A stretch of DNA of 64,000 nucleotides from Pelomyxa schiedti (taxonomy: Eukaryota > Protista > Evosea). Below the pieces are notes generated by a model that did no database searches, had not been told where the DNA came from, and saw only the letters and a program-made list of their open reading frames with translations. Position numbers and translations under genes: made by a program. The stretch is from contig JAHLWZ010000291.1 of the NCBI GenBank assembly GCA_020536535.1, positions 1 to 64,000 on the forward strand, given 5' to 3'. This document shows, one piece after another, positions 62,424-64,000 of this stretch (position 1 is the first letter of the stretch; every line of letters starts with the position of its first letter).

Positions 62424-63343
62424 AGCTACTCAAAAAAAAAAAAAAAAGGAAATAAAAAAAAAATTGTACATCAACGTTGGTCTTGGCTAGAACGGAAAAT
62501 GTTCCTTAATTTCCAAGCAAGGCAACAAGGCAATGGTCAATAAGTGTTGGTTGGACACACTGTGCGGATGCCAGATTCACTCTTGGTTAACAGGCTACTG
62601 ACCAGAAGTTTGACGGGGCACAGTTCTGTGATCCTATGGGCAGTGAGAAGCAATAAGGATTAGAAAGGAATTCAATGCCGCTGTTCTGTCAGCACCTGTT
62701 CTGTTGTCCATGGTTGTTAGTGGGATATTCTGGTGGGGTGCATTGTGATGTTCTCTCTTGAATTCTGGTGCTTCATAAGCACCCACTGGCACCACAAACG
62801 CCTCTTTGTTGGTACCAAGTCTATAGCCGTGTGGCCTGGTGCTGTGCTCAGTCATCACCCTCTGGTGATATGAGAGTCCAGTGCGTGTCCACGTGCTGTC
62901 CTGCATGTGCGTTTGTAGTTTAGTGTTGTGTTTTTTTGGGCAGCGAGTCAAGCATAATTCACTGAAGTGGCAACCTGTGTTTTGTACCTCCACACCGTTT
63001 CACCAGCCTCACACACCGCAAACACAAACCCACCCGTGCAAACAGGGCTGCAGTACGGTGAGGACAGTTGTCCCGTTGGGAGCGGCGCCAGCTCGGTGGA
63101 CTCCAGAGTCTCCACGTCGCCGAACCCGAACCTGTTGGTGTACGCCAGCCAGCTCTATCTCGAACACATACGGGCGCCTGCCGCCGTCGAACACTGGGGT
63201 ACTGGAAACCGACGATCGAGGTTAGTGGAGGTCGTTGACGAGTTCTTGATCTGGAATTTCTTGATTGTTTTTAAAAGGGAAAGAACTTGGTTTTTGTACA
63301 GTGTGGGCTGGTGTTTTTACATGGGTGGTTTCCTTTGGTGTTT

Positions 63344-64000
63344 TCAACAGAAACAACAGCAGCACATTTTCTTTTTGTTGGTTAGTGTTGATTAAAAACC
63401 AAAAAAAACGGGAAGGTACTTTTCGAGCGGACTTCTGCAAGGCAAGTGCATCTCTCATTTCTTCTGTTCCTTTCTTCACATCGTGATGGGCATGCTCTAC
63501 ATGCATTTCAATTTGGTCTACTAATTCCGTCTGTTATCATATATTGTTAATGAAAAGGTAAAGGGTGCGGAATTGGTACCTGTGAGTCAACAAGAATGGC
63601 CATATCCAGGAATAGTTGATTGAGTTCGTTTATACTTTGTTGAAGGCGCAAAATATCATTGTGCTTGTTTTCGACATATTCGAGGGCGCTTGTGGCTGCC
63701 ATCAAAGAAGGATCTGTGCAACTGGAGTAAGGCAAAGCAAAAGGACAAAAGTGTAGAAAACGGGAAGCGACCAAGGGTAGCTTGTTGGAACATTCGTGTG
63801 TCGCCACTGTCAATGATCACTTGAACTTCCTCGTTTGTGATTGAAGGTTTCACTAATTTGGATGAGATTGCGGCACGTAGATGTAGCAAAGAAACCTATT
63901 TTACACTGCCTTGTGAACCTGTCTTTAAGAGTTTTCTCAAATTCTTGTTGTACAGCCTGGAACTCCTGTGCTGATTTGACAAACCTCTTAGCAGCTGCTG
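63344..64000 (-). CDS. Qa-SNARE, syntaxin-1-like, 3' part, lacking a TM anchor (Cys-rich tail)
   Basis: ALEYVENKHNDILRLQQSINELNQLFLDMAILVDSQ|TELVDQIEMHVEHA..QKSARK. The final exon, after a 49-nt intron, is KMCCCCFC*. Confidence 0.85.

Overview
Gene-dense, intron-rich eukaryotic DNA, not prokaryotic. The ORF track fragments at short GT-AG introns, mostly about 40-70 nt, and intergenic spacers are often under 150 bp. OFD1 (basal body), an Entamoeba-TMK-like receptor kinase, a receptor-type PDE and the recurrent 'LAxxMGxHPRxG' motif suggest a flagellated archamoeba such as Pelomyxa (inference). About 22 protein genes can be assembled by hand. They include an M1 aminopeptidase, a TKL kinase-ARM protein, a 7TM protein, a membrane PDE, a Hint-domain protein, a Myb protein, an RS-TM-NHL protein, galactokinase, CEPT, C1-ANK-VPS9, NT-C2-Dilute, a bacterial-type UDG, a cortactin-like SH3 protein, a WDR76-like protein, OFD1, a METTL21-family methyltransferase, a TIG receptor kinase and a syntaxin. 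The most notable signal is a set of Pol III-type non-coding loci. Two 71-nt tRNA-like genes have intact T-arms and near-intact acceptor stems but abnormal anticodon arms, and they share an upstream element at the same -40..-26 position. The core of that element also precedes an unannotated ~185-nt structured RNA candidate ending in a T-run. Other highlights are a Vint-type Hint domain without VWA, a TM-less syntaxin ending KMCCCCFC, a cortactin-type DDW motif, an intron-containing bacterial UDG, and a gene sharing ~200 bp of coding sequence with its neighbour. All exon models are manual and boundaries are approximate.
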